In this document: positions 25,965 through 39,042 of the stretch, one piece after another | Numbering within the stretch: the stretch's first letter is position 1 | Layout: each line of letters begins with the position of its first letter | Assembly (NCBI RefSeq): GCF_963921235.1 | Contig: NC_086118.1 | Coordinates: forward strand, 25,794,001-25,858,000 | Direction: 5' to 3' | DNA: 64,000 nt | Source: Mobula hypostoma | Lineage: Eukaryota | Program-made: the position numbers and the translations under genes | The notes under the pieces: generated by a model | Told to the model about the DNA's origin: nothing | The model's input: the letters and a program-made list of their open reading frames with translations, nothing else | Databases searched by the model: none

Positions 25965-27792
25965 CAGGTAATACTTCTGACAGAAATATTTCAAATGTCA
26001 TTAGAAACAGGGATGGTGCCGGAGGATTGGCGTATTGCTCATGTTGTTCCATTGTTTAAAAAGGATTCTAAGACTAAACCTAGCAATTATCGGCCTGTGA
26101 GTTTGACGTCAGTGGTGGGTAAATTGATGGAAAGCATTCTTAGAGATGGTATATATAATTATCTGGATAGACAGGGTCTGATTAGGAACAGTCAACATGG
26201 ATTTGTGCGTGGAAGGTCATGCTTGACAAATCTTATTGAATTTTTTGAAGAGGTTACTAGGAAAGTTGAGGGTAAAGTGGTGGATGTTGTCTATATGGGC
26301 TTAGGAATAACACAGTTTAAGAATAAGGGGTAGGCCATTTAGAATGGAGTTGAAGAAAAACTTTTTCACCCAGAGAGTGGTGGATATATGGAATGCTCTG
26401 CCCCAGAAGGCTGTGGAGGCCAAGTCTCTGGATGCTTTCAAGAAAGAGTTGGATAGAGCTCTTAAAGATAGCGGAATCAAAGGGTATGGGGATAAGGCAG
26501 GAACTGGATACTGATTGTGGATGATCAGCCATGATCACAGTGAATGGTGGTGCTGGCTCGAAGGGCTGAATGGCCTACTCCTGCACCTATTGTCTATTGT
26601 CCATTGTCTATTGACTTCAGTAAGGCCTTTGACAAGGTCCCACATGGAAGGTTGGTTAGGAAGGTTCAATTGTTAGGTATTAATATTGAAGTAGTAAAAT
26701 GGATTCAGCAGTGGCTGGATGGGAGATGCCAGAGAGTCGTGGTGGATAACTGTTTGTCAGATTGGAGGCCGATGACTAGTGAAGTGCCTCAGAGATCTGT
26801 ACTGGGTCCAATGTTATTTGTCATCTACATTAATGATCTGGATGATGGGGTGGTAAATTGGATGAGTAAGTATGCAGATGATACTAAGATAGGTGGAGTT
26901 GTGGATAATGAAGTAGGTTTTCAAAGCCTGCAGAGAGATTTAGGCCAATTGGAAGGGTGGGCTGAAAGATGGCAGACAGAGTTTAATGCTGATAAATGTG
27001 AGGTGCTACACTTTGGTAGGACTAATCAAAATAGGACATACATTATAAATGGTAGGGCATTGAAGAATGCAGTAGAACAGAAGGATCTAGGAATAATGGT
27101 GCATAGTTCCCTGAAGGTGGACTCTCATGTGGATAGGGTGGTGAAGAGAGCTTTTGGTATGCTGGCCTTTATAAATCAGAGCATTGAGTATAGGAGTTGG
27201 AATGTAATGTTGGAATTGTACAAGGCATTGATGAGGCCAAATTTGGAGTATTGTGTACAGTTTTGGTCACTGAATTATAGGAAAGATGTCAAGAAAATAG
27301 AGAGAGTACAGAGAAGATTTACAAGAATGTTACCTGGGTTTCATCACCTAAGTTACAGAGAAAGGTTGAACAAGTTGGGTCTTTATTCTTTGGAATGTAG
27401 AAGGTTGAGGGGGAACTTGATTGAGGTATTTAAAATTATGAGGGGGATAGATAAGAGGTAACGTGGATAGGCTTTTTCCATTGAGAGTGGAGGAGATTCA
27501 AACAAGAGGACATGAGTTGAGAGTTAAAGGGCAAAAGTTTAGGGGTAACATGAGGGGGAACTTCTTTACTCAGAGAGTGGTGGCTGTGTGGAACGAGCTT
27601 CCAGCAGAAGTGGTTGAAGCAGGTTCGATGTTGTCATTTAAAGTTAAATTGGACAGCTATATGGACAGGAAAGGAATGGAGGGTTATGGGCTGAGTGCAG
27701 TTTGGTGGAACTAGGTGAGAGTAAGAGTTCGGCACAGACTAGAAGGGCCGAGATGGCCTGTTTCCGTGCTGTAATTGTTATATGGTTATATA
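25965..27792 (+). mobile_element. CR1 LINE ORF2 3' half, relatively young
   Basis: VPEDWRIAHVVPLFKK, GFVRGRSCLTNL, DFSKAFDKVPH, KYADDTK, ERVQRRFTRML; (TATATGGT)n tail. Confidence 0.95.
26299..26612 (+). mobile_element. Second CR1 3' fragment nested in the 25965-27792 CR1
   Basis: Splits VDVVYM|DFSKAF; has its own 3' hairpin and (TTGTCTA)n tail. Confidence 0.9.
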
Positions 27793-28229
27793 GGTAACCT
27801 ATGCTATCTTTAAATAGTACCAATCCAGATCTTGTCTCTGCTGCTATGACTTGCTTTCCTGTGCATGGTCCACACTAAGCCTTAATTATACTTTTATAAT
27901 TAATTTTGACAGGAGGTCTGTCAACTGACTATTGCTTCTGGACTGACATCACCCACACTCTACGTGTTCAGCACATTGATGTTTCATGCACATAGAACCT
28001 AGAATGAAGTTTGCATTATCTGCTACATAGTTAAGTTTCAAATTATATTTCACATGCAAAATCAACCACACAGTGCTTAAAAATAGTCAACACAATTACA
28101 TTATTAGACTACCATCTGAAATTTTGATATCTTGTGAAGAAAAATGATGATTGCTAATTCCTGTCATCTTTCCTATAGCCCTAATGAAATATTACATTGT
28201 AAAATAACACTGTGGATAATGTGTATCAT

Positions 28230-29655
28230 AAACACAACAGATTCTGCAGACGCTGGAAATCTTGAGCAACACACAAAACTGCTGGAGGACCTCATTAAGT
28301 ATGGAAGGAAATAAACAGCCAATGTTTCAGATGTAGACCCTCCATCAGGGCTGGGAAGGAAGGAGTCAGAAGCTAAAATAAGATGGGTCGGAGGAGGAGT
28401 ACAAGCTGACAGTTGATAGTGAAACCAGGTGAGAGGGAAGGTGGGTGGGTGGGTGGAGGAGGGGGATGAAGAAAGAAGCTAGGAGGTGATAGGTGGAAGA
28501 GGGAAAGAATTGAAGAAGAAGGAATCTGATGGACCATAGAAGGAGGGGCATCAGAGGGAGGCGATGTGCAGGTGAGAAGGGGTGACAGGGAAATCAGAAT
28601 GGAGAATGAAAAAACAGTGGAAAATGGGTCATACTAAGTTGGTGCTGGAAGCATGGTGACTTGTAGGCTACCCAGTGCAATTTTTGCTGATTTGATTTGA
28701 CACAAAAAACGCAGTTGACTGTGTTTTTTTTAAATTATTTTTTTAATGCATTTCTACAATGAAACTACAAAGAACCCAGCAACAAAATGGAAATTTATAC
28801 AGTGCAAAACAAACAAATCCAATATATAGTTCATAACAGTAAGAAAAAAAAGCACCCAAAAGAGAATTATGTAAAATTAATATCCACCCCAACCTCCCAC
28901 TGAAAAGAAAGAAAAACCCAGGCCAACCACTTTACACATATTAAAAAAAACCAGTCAGAACATGCAACCCCAGAGAACTGTAAATATATATAAAAAATGA
29001 CATAATGCCAACTACCAAAAGTATAGTATAATTCATAACAAAAAACTGTATAACTTTCAAGAAAACAGTGCTGAAAGTAAGGGATTGTAGCATGCTAAAA
29101 AAAAAGGATAAACTTACACTAAAGAAGCACTGTGAAAATATTCAAGAAAATGTCCCCACACTTTATGAAACTTTATGTCCGAGTTAAGAAGTGAATAATT
29201 AACCTTTTTGGGGTCTAAGCAGGCCATAATATCATTAACCTATTGAGCATGAGTGGGTGGGGCAGCATCTTTCCACCTAAGAAGAACCAACTGTCTAGCC
29301 AAAAGAGAGGCAAAAGATAATGTTTGGCATTTAGCCAAACTGTTGACTGTGTTTTGATGTACATGTGACAGATAAAGTTAATCTTTAAAAGAGAGAGTGG
29401 GAAGTGAAGAAATTATAGAAATCAATATTCATGCCATCAGGTTGCAAGCTACTTAGACAGAATATGTTGCTCCTCCAACCCGAGTGTGGCCTCATTGTGA
29501 CGGTAGAGGAATCGTGGACTGACATATCGGAATGGGAATGGGAAGTCAAATTAAAATGGGTGGCCACCTGGAAATCCCGTGTTTTTGTGGTGAACGGAGC
29601 AAAGGTACTCAATGAAGTGGTCCCCAAATCTACATTGGATCTCACTAAAGTACGT
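28230..29655 (-). mobile_element. Penelope-like 3' remnant interrupted by nested insertions
   Basis: VATHFNLTSHSHSDMSVH and QPDGMNIDF GIY-YIG C-terminal motifs at 29385-29650; Penelope terminal repeat at 28230-28620. Confidence 0.75.
28728..29341 (-). mobile_element. L1 LINE 3' fragment with 14-bp TSD
   Basis: LSFASLLARQLVLLRWKDAAPPTHAQ...KFHKVWGHF (fish-type L1 ORF2 C-terminus); poly(T) on the + strand; TSD GTTGACTGTGTTTT at 28714-28727 and 29342-29355. Confidence 0.85.
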
Positions 29656-30959
29656 TAAATGGTGCTTTTCCGATAACTTTCCTTATTGATTCAATAACAA
29701 GATAGATAATGTTTGTCAGTTCAAGGTGAATATCAGTATCTCAGATATGTTTTTGAATTTATCTCATATTTTTAAACAGTTTTCTAACAGGGACAATGAA
29801 AGCAATAATGAAAATTCGGTTAGGTCAGGTGCTTCCTATTGAATACATTCTCAAGATCTGAGTGCACAGGTCTGGAGGAATAAGTCTACTCCGTGGCACA
29901 GTCAGCTGAAGGAAATTCTTAAAATGAATGTAATTTGAACTGAAATTGAACAAAACACAGTGCCAAAAATAAATAACAAAATAGTTATTTAGGAAATGTA
30001 AAAACACTTAAAGGATTTTTTATTATTTGTAGAAACCTTATTCAGTGTAGTTACCAAGGACAGCTAACTATGGAGTGCAGCCTTTTAAAAAAGGAATTAC
30101 AGCACGCCTCTTTTCTTGAGAATAATGTCAAGGAGTGATCGATGATTTGATTTCCCAGCAGCAGGCAAAGAATATAAATAGCTTTGATCTTCTTCACTGT
30201 TTTCAAAGATCTAGGGTTTCGTTCGGTTTGGTATTGGAGACTTATTGCATTTGTGTGCATCACATAATGATAGACCTGCTACCTGTCACTCTTCAGAGTC
30301 TGACTATTAACATAGAATGGAATTTTTATTTCCATATCAATTCAATCTGAAAAATATATTTTCATGGTCAAGGCTGTAATATTAAATTACTCTCAAGTTA
30401 AATCTGAATACATTTGGCCAGTATCCTTTGTTTTGTATTTTTATATGTTTCAGTTGATCTCGGAGCTCTAAATCTCATCGAGTCTAATTTTTTCCTCTAC
30501 CCACCACTTTTGTATCGTGAAACTTTATATAGTATCATTATAATCGAAAAGAAATGCAAATTACCAATTAGCAAGATTATATCTGTCTCATCAAGGCAGC
30601 ACCAGTTCGAATCAGAACACTTGCTCTCTTATCTGTGCTGTACACAAAGAAAACAGACTAGAATGATGTGCTTTCACAATAAGATTAATTGTTTGCGAGA
30701 GGGAAGTAAACCACATGTTCAAAAGGCATAACAGCAATATGCCTGAGTCATAAGTAGCAATCAGTGGAGGAAATTAAGAACCTCAATGAGGATAAACAAA
30801 GCCATTTTAAAGAATGCATGATTTCCGTGAATGTGGTGACTGACAAACCCTAATCCTTATATTTCCTTGTACTTTAAAACTAGCTGTTTGCTTCTGGCTG
30901 TGCCTGAGTTGAAGATGACTATGTTTTCTTTTACTAGGCAGGCTTCATCGTAAAAGCTA

Positions 30960-33000
30960 GCCATGCCATTATTTGAGTTACACCCATATACACCCAATGG
31001 ACAAGCCCCCATTATGTCCCAATCCTAAAACATTGAAACCCTGGGACACTAAGCAACCAATCTTGTCTCTCCCTCAACCAGTCTTTTTAATGGCCATTAC
31101 ACCATAGCTCCAGGTACTGAGAACACGTATCCTTGCTCCTTGCACCAGTTCCTCAGTGACTCATTCATCTGTAATACCTTGAGATTACTACCTTGAAGGT
31201 CCTGCTCTTCAACCTCTTTCCTGACTCCCTATTATCACTGTGCAAGGCCTTTCCTCCCTTTCTATCTATGCTTTTGGTGCTAATGTGCACCATGACCTCT
31301 GGCCACTCACCCTCCCCCTTGAGGATATTCCGCAGTTGCCCTGAGATATCCTGGATCCTACTGCCATTCTTGTGTTTCTTTTGCAGCTGTAGAATTTCTT
31401 GTCCATCTCCCTAGATACAGCACTAAGTCATGGCATCTGCAGAAATTCTCTGATAACTCAGCAATAGTTGGGTGTATAAAAGGAGGATGGGAAGATGAAT
31501 ACAGGGCTCTGGTGGAGGACTTTGTCAAATGGTGCAAACTGAATCACCTGCAGCTCAACATCAGTAAGTCAAAGGAGATAGGATGGACTTTAGGAAGACT
31601 AAGCCTGCACTGCTCCCTGTTACTATTGATGGTGAGGACGTGCATGTTGTGAGGACCTACAAGTACCTGGGGGTGCACCTGGACAACAGACTCCAGTGAA
31701 GCACCAATACAGAGGCTGGGTACAAGAAGGGCCAGAGTCGCCTCTACTTCCTGAGGAGACTGAGATCCTTTAGATTATGCAGGCTTCTCCTTCACACCAG
31801 TCTGTTGTTGCCAGTACAATCTTCTATGCGGTGGTGAGCTGGGGCAATGGCATCAACATGGGTGAGGTCAACATGCTCAATAAACTAATTAGAAAGGTAG
31901 GCTCTGTTATAGGAGCCAAAACTGGACACACTGGAGGCTGTGGTCGAACAGAGGACCCTACGGAAAATCCTGGTGATTCTGGACAATGTTTCTTACCCTC
32001 GGCATGCCACCGTAGCTGAACAGTGAAAGAGCAAGACAACTCTGCTGCTCCAAAGAGTGCTCTATAAGGTCATTCTTATCCTCAGCCATTAGGCTCTATA
32101 ATGAGTCAACCTATAGCTGGGGAAGTGATGACCCCTCCACCCGATAGACTGTTTGAGGTAAGTATTTTTTTTAAATTCTTTCTTACTTTTCTTCCAATAT
32201 TTGTATATCTGTGCAATTGTAGTGCCACAGTGTCACTGTAATTTCCTTTGGGATCAATAAAGCATCTATCTATCTAAATATTGAGTTTCCTGGCACTATT
32301 ACTCTGCCTGACTTTATTCTTCTCAGCTGAGTCTCAGCGCTGGCCACAGTGCCACCGGCCTAGCTGCTGCTGCTGTGCTCTGATTGGTCATTCTCCCAGC
32401 AGCGTCCAAAGGGGTATACGTATTGCCGAGGGGAATGTCCACAGAGAAACCTTGCTCTGACTGCTTACTTCCCTTGGTAGTCACCCATCTACTATCTGAA
32501 GCCTGCATTCTTGATGTGGCCACCTCAGTAAAAGTTTCATCTAAGAGGTTTTCAGCCTCCCAGATGGTCCTGAGTACATCCTGCTTCAGTTCCACGACCT
32601 CTTCAGTCAGGAGCTCAGGTTCAGTGCACTTCCCATAGATACAGGCAATCAGGAATACTGTTAGGTGTCATGAAATCCCGCATCTTGCAGGAAGAGCATT
32701 CCACCACCGTTCCTGAATTAAGGACTTAGTATTTACTGACAACAAAAATAAGCCTACCTGTTCTTACATGTGTCTTGTCTCACTTAGGTCATTTACTCAG
32801 CCTCTTCGTGCCAAACTTGTTATACATTTAGCTCTAACTTCTTAAGCTTATGTTCTGCAATCAAATAAATGATTTCAAATGACTCAGCACCCTTAGCCTC
32901 TTCCTGTTCTCACCGAAGCCTGTTGAGCCAAAGCCTTCCACTCTTACCCTGGCCCACTCCAACAACAGCCACTCCACTTAAAACTAACTTCTTTTTATTG
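30960..33000 (-). mobile_element. Old CR1 5'/ORF1 (esterase) remnant split by a Rex1 insertion
   Basis: LRTIWEAE..D..F.EV.T...RWVT...IPLGN.YT.L and LKGEGEWPEVMVHI resemble ORF1 of the intact CR1; outer boundaries are approximate. Confidence 0.7.
31413..32277 (+). mobile_element. Rex1/Babar LINE 3' fragment
   Basis: HLQKFSDNSAIVGCI, YKYLGVHLD, LYFLRRLRSF; AATAAA plus (CTAT)n tail; same family as 34395-35590. Confidence 0.88.
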
Positions 33001-33949
33001 GCCACTAAGTTAATCTCCCATTACGCAGACAATTCCTGCTAGTGCCCACTCACTTTTTAGAAGTGGTGCGTAATGCCCACAATTAACTGTTTCCAACTCT
33101 CTCCACGATCTCCTGCTCTGCAGATTAACAGGAATTAAGCAATTAAGTCACTAACAGCATTTAAGAAGAGTCTGGCCAACAATATGAATTGCCTATTCAC
33201 AAAAGGCTACAATTCTAAAACTAGAAAATGAGATTACCATGGATGGGTGTCTGTCTACTGGTCAGCAATGATGTGCAGACGGAATGGTACACTTTATAAC
33301 TATGACATTAATATGACTAACTTCAAAGGTAAGACATTAGATGTAAAGCACATTGAGGAACCAAGATATTGATAGTTATAGCTCTATCCTATTATGATAT
33401 GTTGGAAATTACAAAATCCAAAATTATACGACAATGGACCAGATGATTCAACTTAATTTTCAATATTATAATAGCATTTATGTAACAGAAGCTGATTTCC
33501 CTCCACAAAAAAATTACAAACTTCTGCAATCACAAAACTAATAGTTATCCACAAGTTCATCTATTTTGTTTCCAATTTGGCCATGTTCCAATTTATAAGT
33601 TAATTCCATAATTGTTGATGGTGTTATCAATGCAAGTTCTTTTTATATTTAATATACATCTTTGAAATATGTAGTTTTTATACCATTTCAAATTCATTTA
33701 AAATCTAGTTTTACCTTACACTTTAATGGAAGGATATTGATTCAATTTATCCTCCAATTGTATACTTTTATTTCTGATTAGTTAAACATGGTATTTTCAA
33801 CATCTCTCAGCATGAAATATTCCTTTCCGGTGTCAAATGATTGCCCACTTTATCTTTGCACATCTACACTGTATGACCATCTATTAAAAATTGTCAAATG
33901 ATGCTGCACCACACCATTTTTCATGAAAGTATAGTGAGCTTACAGTGCA

Positions 33950-34385
33950 ACTAAAGCTACCCGTCAGGAAAAAAGTACAGGAGCCTCAAGACTCTCACCA
34001 CCAGCTCCAGGAACAGTTATTACCCCACCACCACAAGGCTCTCGAACCAGTGGGGATGACTTCACTCATCTTCACTTGCCCATCATTGAAAATGTTCCCA
34101 CAGCCTATGGACTCACTCTCCAGGACTCTTCATCTCATGTTGTTGATATCTATCGCTTATTTACTTATTATTATTATTTCTTTCTTTTTGTGTTTGCAAT
34201 TTGTTGTCTTTGGTACATTGGTTGAATGCCCAAGTTGTTGTGGTCTTTCACTGATTCTATTATGGTTGTTATTCTATTATGGATTTATTGAGTATGTGCT
34301 CAAGAAAATGAACCTCAAGGCTGCATATGGTGACATATACAGCATGTACTTTGATAATAAATTTACTTTGAACTTTTGAACTTTG
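33950..34385 (+). mobile_element. Rex1/Babar 3' UTR fragment (same family as 4750-6445)
   Basis: CCTATGGACTCACT...GATAATAAATTTACTTTGAAC, closely similar to 6160-6430. Confidence 0.85.
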
Positions 34386-34394
34386 ATTTATATC

Positions 34395-35590
34395 CCCTGT
34401 AGTTTGCCTACCAGGGGCACACTGGAGTCGACAATGCTGTCATCTACCTACTGAACAGGGCCTACTCCCATCTGGATAAGCAGATCAGCACTGTGAGGAC
34501 CATGGTTTTTTTTTGATTTTCATGTGCCTTCAATACTATACAGCCTTCTTTGCAGGGGGAAAAGCTCCATTCAATGCAGGTTGGCACTTCCATTGTATCC
34601 TGGTTAATGGACTACCTGACTGGCAGACCACAGTCTGTGCAGCTTCAGAGCTGTGTGTCAGACATGGCTATAAGCAGCACTGGGGCCCACAGGGGACTGT
34701 ATTGGCTCCCTTCCTGATTACCCTGTATACTTCAGACTTTAGATACAACACTTGAGTCATGTCATCTGCAGAAACTCTCTGATGACTCAGCAATAGTTGG
34801 GTGTATAAAGGGAGGATGAATACAGGTCCCTGGTGGAGGACTTTGTCAAATGGAGCAAGCTGAATCCCCTGCAACTCAACATCAGTAAGACAAAGGAGAC
34901 GGTGATGGACTTTAGGAAGACTAATCCTGCGCTGCTCCCTGTTACTACTGATGGTGAGGACATGGATGTGGTGAGGACCTACAAGTACCTGGGGGTGCAC
35001 CTGGATGACAGACTCGAGTGGAGCACCAACATGAAGCTGTGTACAAGAAGGGCCAGAGTCGCCCTTGCTTCCTGAGGAGACTGAGGTCATTTGGAGTAGG
35101 CAGGCCCCTCCTTCACATGTTCTACCAGCCTGTTGTTGCCAGTACAATCTTCTATGTAGTGGTGTGCTGGGCAATGGCATCAATACGGGCTCAACAAACT
35201 GATTAGAAAGGCTGTCTCTATTATAGGAATCAAATTGGACACACTGGAGGCTATCGTAGAACAAAGGACCCTACAGAAAATCCTGGCAATTCTGGACAAT
35301 GTTTCTCACCCTCTGCATGCCACATTGGCTGATCAGAGGAGCACTTTTAGTAATAGACTAAGACAACTGTGCTGCTCCAAAAAGTGCTAAATGAGGTTAT
35401 TCTTAGCCTAGGCCATTTGGCACTATAAAGAGTCAACCTATTATGGGGGAAGTGATGACCCCCTCCTGTTAGACTGTTTGAAGTAACTTATATTATTCCT
35501 TCTACTTCTAATATTTGTATACCTGTGCATTTGTAATCTTACTCTGATACTGTAATTTCCTTTGGGATCAATAAAGTATCTATCTATACA
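34395..35590 (+). mobile_element. Rex1/Babar LINE RT fragment
   Basis: GAPQGTVLAPFLITLYTSDF, QKLSDDSAIVG, YKYLGVHLDDRLEW; (CTAT)n tail. Confidence 0.9.
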
Positions 35591-35759
35591 GAACAACGAA
35601 AATAACAGGATAAGTAATGTCTACCTGCTTCTAATCTGCTATCAGTTTGAAAAGGAACATTGATTGATCAATTCCTGAGAGGAAAAACTATCAGAGAGCA
35701 CAGTATGGATTCTTGAGGAAGTAATGTTCACACATTGAATTCAACCATATATGAAACAT

Positions 35760-36064
35760 ATAGGCATCCGTTAGTCTTGTGAGACCATGGATTTGTGCCT
35801 TGGAAGGTTTCCAGAGTGCAGGCCTGGGCAACGTTGTATGGAAAACCAGCAGTTGCCCATGCTGTAACTCTCCCCTCTCCACGCCACCAATGTTGTCCAA
35901 GGGAAGGGCACTAGGGCCGATACAGCTTGGCACTGGTGTCGTCGCAGAGCAATGTGTGGTTAAGTGCCTTGCTCAAGAACACACCTCGCTGTCTCAGCTA
36001 GGCTCAAACTAGCGACCTTCAGATCACTAGACCAACGCCTTAACCACTTGGCCATGCGCCAACA
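35760..36064 (-). mobile_element. tRNA-derived SINE, copy 1
   Basis: Minus-strand head TGGCCAAGTGGTTAAGG (A box)...AGTTTGAGCC (B box); closely similar copy at 63132-63425. Confidence 0.85.
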
Positions 36065-36924
36065 CATATGGTGCAAGATAAATTTCTATTTCACAAAAAG
36101 GGTCTTTAAATTTTAAGAGGAAAAGTTTCAGAAGCCAATAAAGTGCAGGCATCTGAACAATACTAGTCTACAAGTTGTTGTGCACAGCAATGCGCAATGG
36201 AGCAACTGTAACTTTTTCTTTTATTTATTGCGCCGTGCATTACAGAAAATAGGCCATTTGGAACCGAAGCTGGCCCATGATGTTTGAGAGAGACAGGTTT
36301 GATATTTTAGAGACCTGCTCAGACCCTGAGGGAGCATAATAAATGACTTCTGTTTATGGACAAAGGTCTCAATCAGACAGTAAAAGGGTTGGAGTGGTCT
36401 GGCATGTGACGCTTGGGGACTGGATTGGGTGTAGAAGAGCTTGAGGACTGTGGTGTAGATGAGGGATAAGGTTAATATTCAAAAGAGAGGCTGGAGATGA
36501 GCTTGGCGGCAGTGAGGTCAATACTGTGGGGAAGGTTGCCTTGAAGGCTAGAAGACTGACCTCAATGCTGATAGAACATTCTCGTCCTAATGACAACCAG
36601 TGATGGTCATTCTCCAGGATAGCATGGCTCAGTCTCACTGGGAGCACTCCAAAAAGAGGGTCATGACATCACCTGATCTACACTAATGTGGTATCAAGTC
36701 AGATACGTAAATATACCTCATGCAAGGAAGCATTCAAATGATGTTCCAGAAAGATTCAAAACAACATGGAAATAGCTGTTATCACATTTTATAATGTAAA
36801 AAGAGCACTTTCAGTTGTGTAGTACTGAAATAAGTAGCAGGACACTGTTTAGTCTCCAGGCCATTGTATTTACATTGGATGCAATGAGTAATTCATGAAC
36901 AGTATCTAATTCTTGACTTTAGAT

Positions 36925-37002
36925 CAGGGGTCCCAATTGTTATATGCCATGGACCCTTACCATTAACTGAGGGGTCTGTGGACCCCAGGTCGGGAACTCT
37001 TG
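36925..37002. mobile_element. 78-bp hAT (Charlie/Buster-type) MITE
   Basis: CAGGGGTCCCAA...TCGGGAACTCTTG termini; flanks CTTTAGAT / TTTTAGAT (8 bp, central TA). Confidence 0.75.
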
Positions 37003-37125
37003 TTTTAGATGAATGTTTACCCTTATATAATCTATGTTGCATTCAATTTAATTTTATCTCATTGTATGCAATAGTAAGGATGTTGCATAAATAAGAGCTA
37101 GGCCCTGTTACTGTGCTGTACCTCT

Positions 37126-38410
37126 AGTCATAGTCATAGTCATAGTCATACTTTATTGATCCCGGGGGAAATTGGTTTTCGTTACAGTTGCACCATAAAT
37201 AATAAATAGTAATAGAACCATAAATAGTTAAATAGTAATATGTAAATTATGCCAGTAAATTATGAAATAAGTCCAGGACCACCCTATTGGCTCAGGGTGT
37301 CTGACCCTCCATGGGAGGAGTTGTAAAGTTTGATGGCCACAGGCAGGAATAACTTCCTATGATGCTCTGTGCTGCATCTCGGTGGAATGAGTCTCTGGCT
37401 GAATGTACTCCTGTGCCCACCCAGTACATTATGTAATGGATGGGAGACATTGACCAAGATGGCATACAACTTAGACAGCATCCTCTTTTCAGACACCACC
37501 GTGAGAGAGTCCAGTTCCACCCCCACAATATCATTGGCCTTACAAATGAGTTTGTTGATTCTGTTGGTGTCTGCTACCCTCAGCCTGTTGCCCCAGAACA
37601 CAACAGCAAACATAATAGCACTGGCCACCACAGACTCGTAGAACATCCTCAGCATTGTCCGGCAGATGTTAAAGGACCTCAGTCTCCTCAGGAAAAAGAG
37701 ACGGCTCTGACCCTTCTTGTAGACAGCCTCAGTGTTCTTTGACCAGTCCAGTTTATTGTCAATTCGTATCCCCAGGTATTTGTAATCCTCCACCATGTCC
37801 ACACTGACCCCCTGGATGGAAACAGCGGTCACCGGTACCTTAGCTCTCTTCAGATCTACCACCAACTCCTTAGTCTTTTTCACATTAAGCTGCAGATAAT
37901 TCTGCTCACACCATGTGACAAAGTTTCCTACCATAGCCCTGTACTCAGCCTCATCTCCCTTGCTGATGCATCCAACTATGGCAGAGTCATCAGAAAACTT
38001 CTGAAGGTGACAAGACTCTGTGCAGTAGTTGAAGTCCAAGGTGTAAATGGTGAAGAGAAAGGGAGACAAGACAGTCCCCTGTGGAGCCCCAGTGCTGCTG
38101 ATCACTCTGTCGGACACACAGTGTTGTAAGCACACATACTGTGGTCTGCCAGTCAGGTACTCAAGAATCCATGACACCAGGGAAGCATCCACCTACATCG
38201 CTGTCAGCTTCTACCCCAGCAGAGCAAGGCGGATGGTGTTGAATGCACTGGAGTAGTCAAAAAACATGACCCTCACAGTGCTCGCTGGCTTGTCCAGGTG
38301 GGCGTAGACATGGTTCAGCAGGTAGACGATGGCATCCTCAACTCCTCGTTGGGGCTGGTAGGCGAACTGGAGGAGATCTAAGTGTGGCCTGACCATAGGC
38401 CGGAGCAGCT
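37126..38410 (-). mobile_element. Rex1/Babar LINE RT fragment, young (302-aa open frame)
   Basis: GAPQGTVLSPFLFTIYT, LQKFSDDSAIVGCI, YKYLGI; (TATGAC)n tail at 37127-37150. Confidence 0.93.
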
Positions 38411-39042
38411 AAGTAAATAAATAACTCTTTCTACTAATATTTTAAAAACATAATGCATTGTATTACTTCAAGATTATTGTTATAGTAATTTAGGTAAGTT
38501 TACAACTGCACTCAAAGTATCTGAACAATTTCACATAAAGATATCAGCAAATTTACAACAAATTCAGGCTAATTCTATGATTAGTTCTAATCCAAATAGA
38601 ATCACATTGACTTGAAGTTTCCATCCAATCCAAATAAACGTATTAGCAAAGGGTTATTAGAAGCAACTATGGCCTCCTCTACTGCCACGATGAGGACACC
38701 CTCAGGTTGGAGGAGCAACATCTCATATTCTTTCTGGGTAGTCTCCAACCTGATGGCATGAACATTGATTTTTCTAACTTTCAGTAATTTCTCCTTCCAC
38801 TCTCTATTCTTTCTTTCCATTCCCCATTCTGGCTCCTCTCTTTTTCTCTTCTCCTTACCTGCCTATAACCTCCCTCTCCCTCCTCCTTCCCTTTTTCTCA
38901 TTGTCCACTCTCCTCTCCTATCAGATTCTGTCTTCTTCAGCCTTTTAGTTTAACATTTTCCCCCTATCACCTCCCAGCTTCTCACTTTGTCCTTCCTTTC
39001 CCACCCTCCCCCACCCCCCCACGTGTCATCCCCTCACCTGGT

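Noticed and set aside
26544..27461. 305-aa RT ORF as an independent gene
   Set aside because: Chimeric: its N-terminus comes from the 3' UTR of a nested CR1 fragment fused to a truncated ORF2.
35990..36064. Functional tRNA gene (also ~63350-63425 and ~14005-14075)
   Set aside because: These are SINE heads followed by SINE body and tail; no complete cloverleaf.
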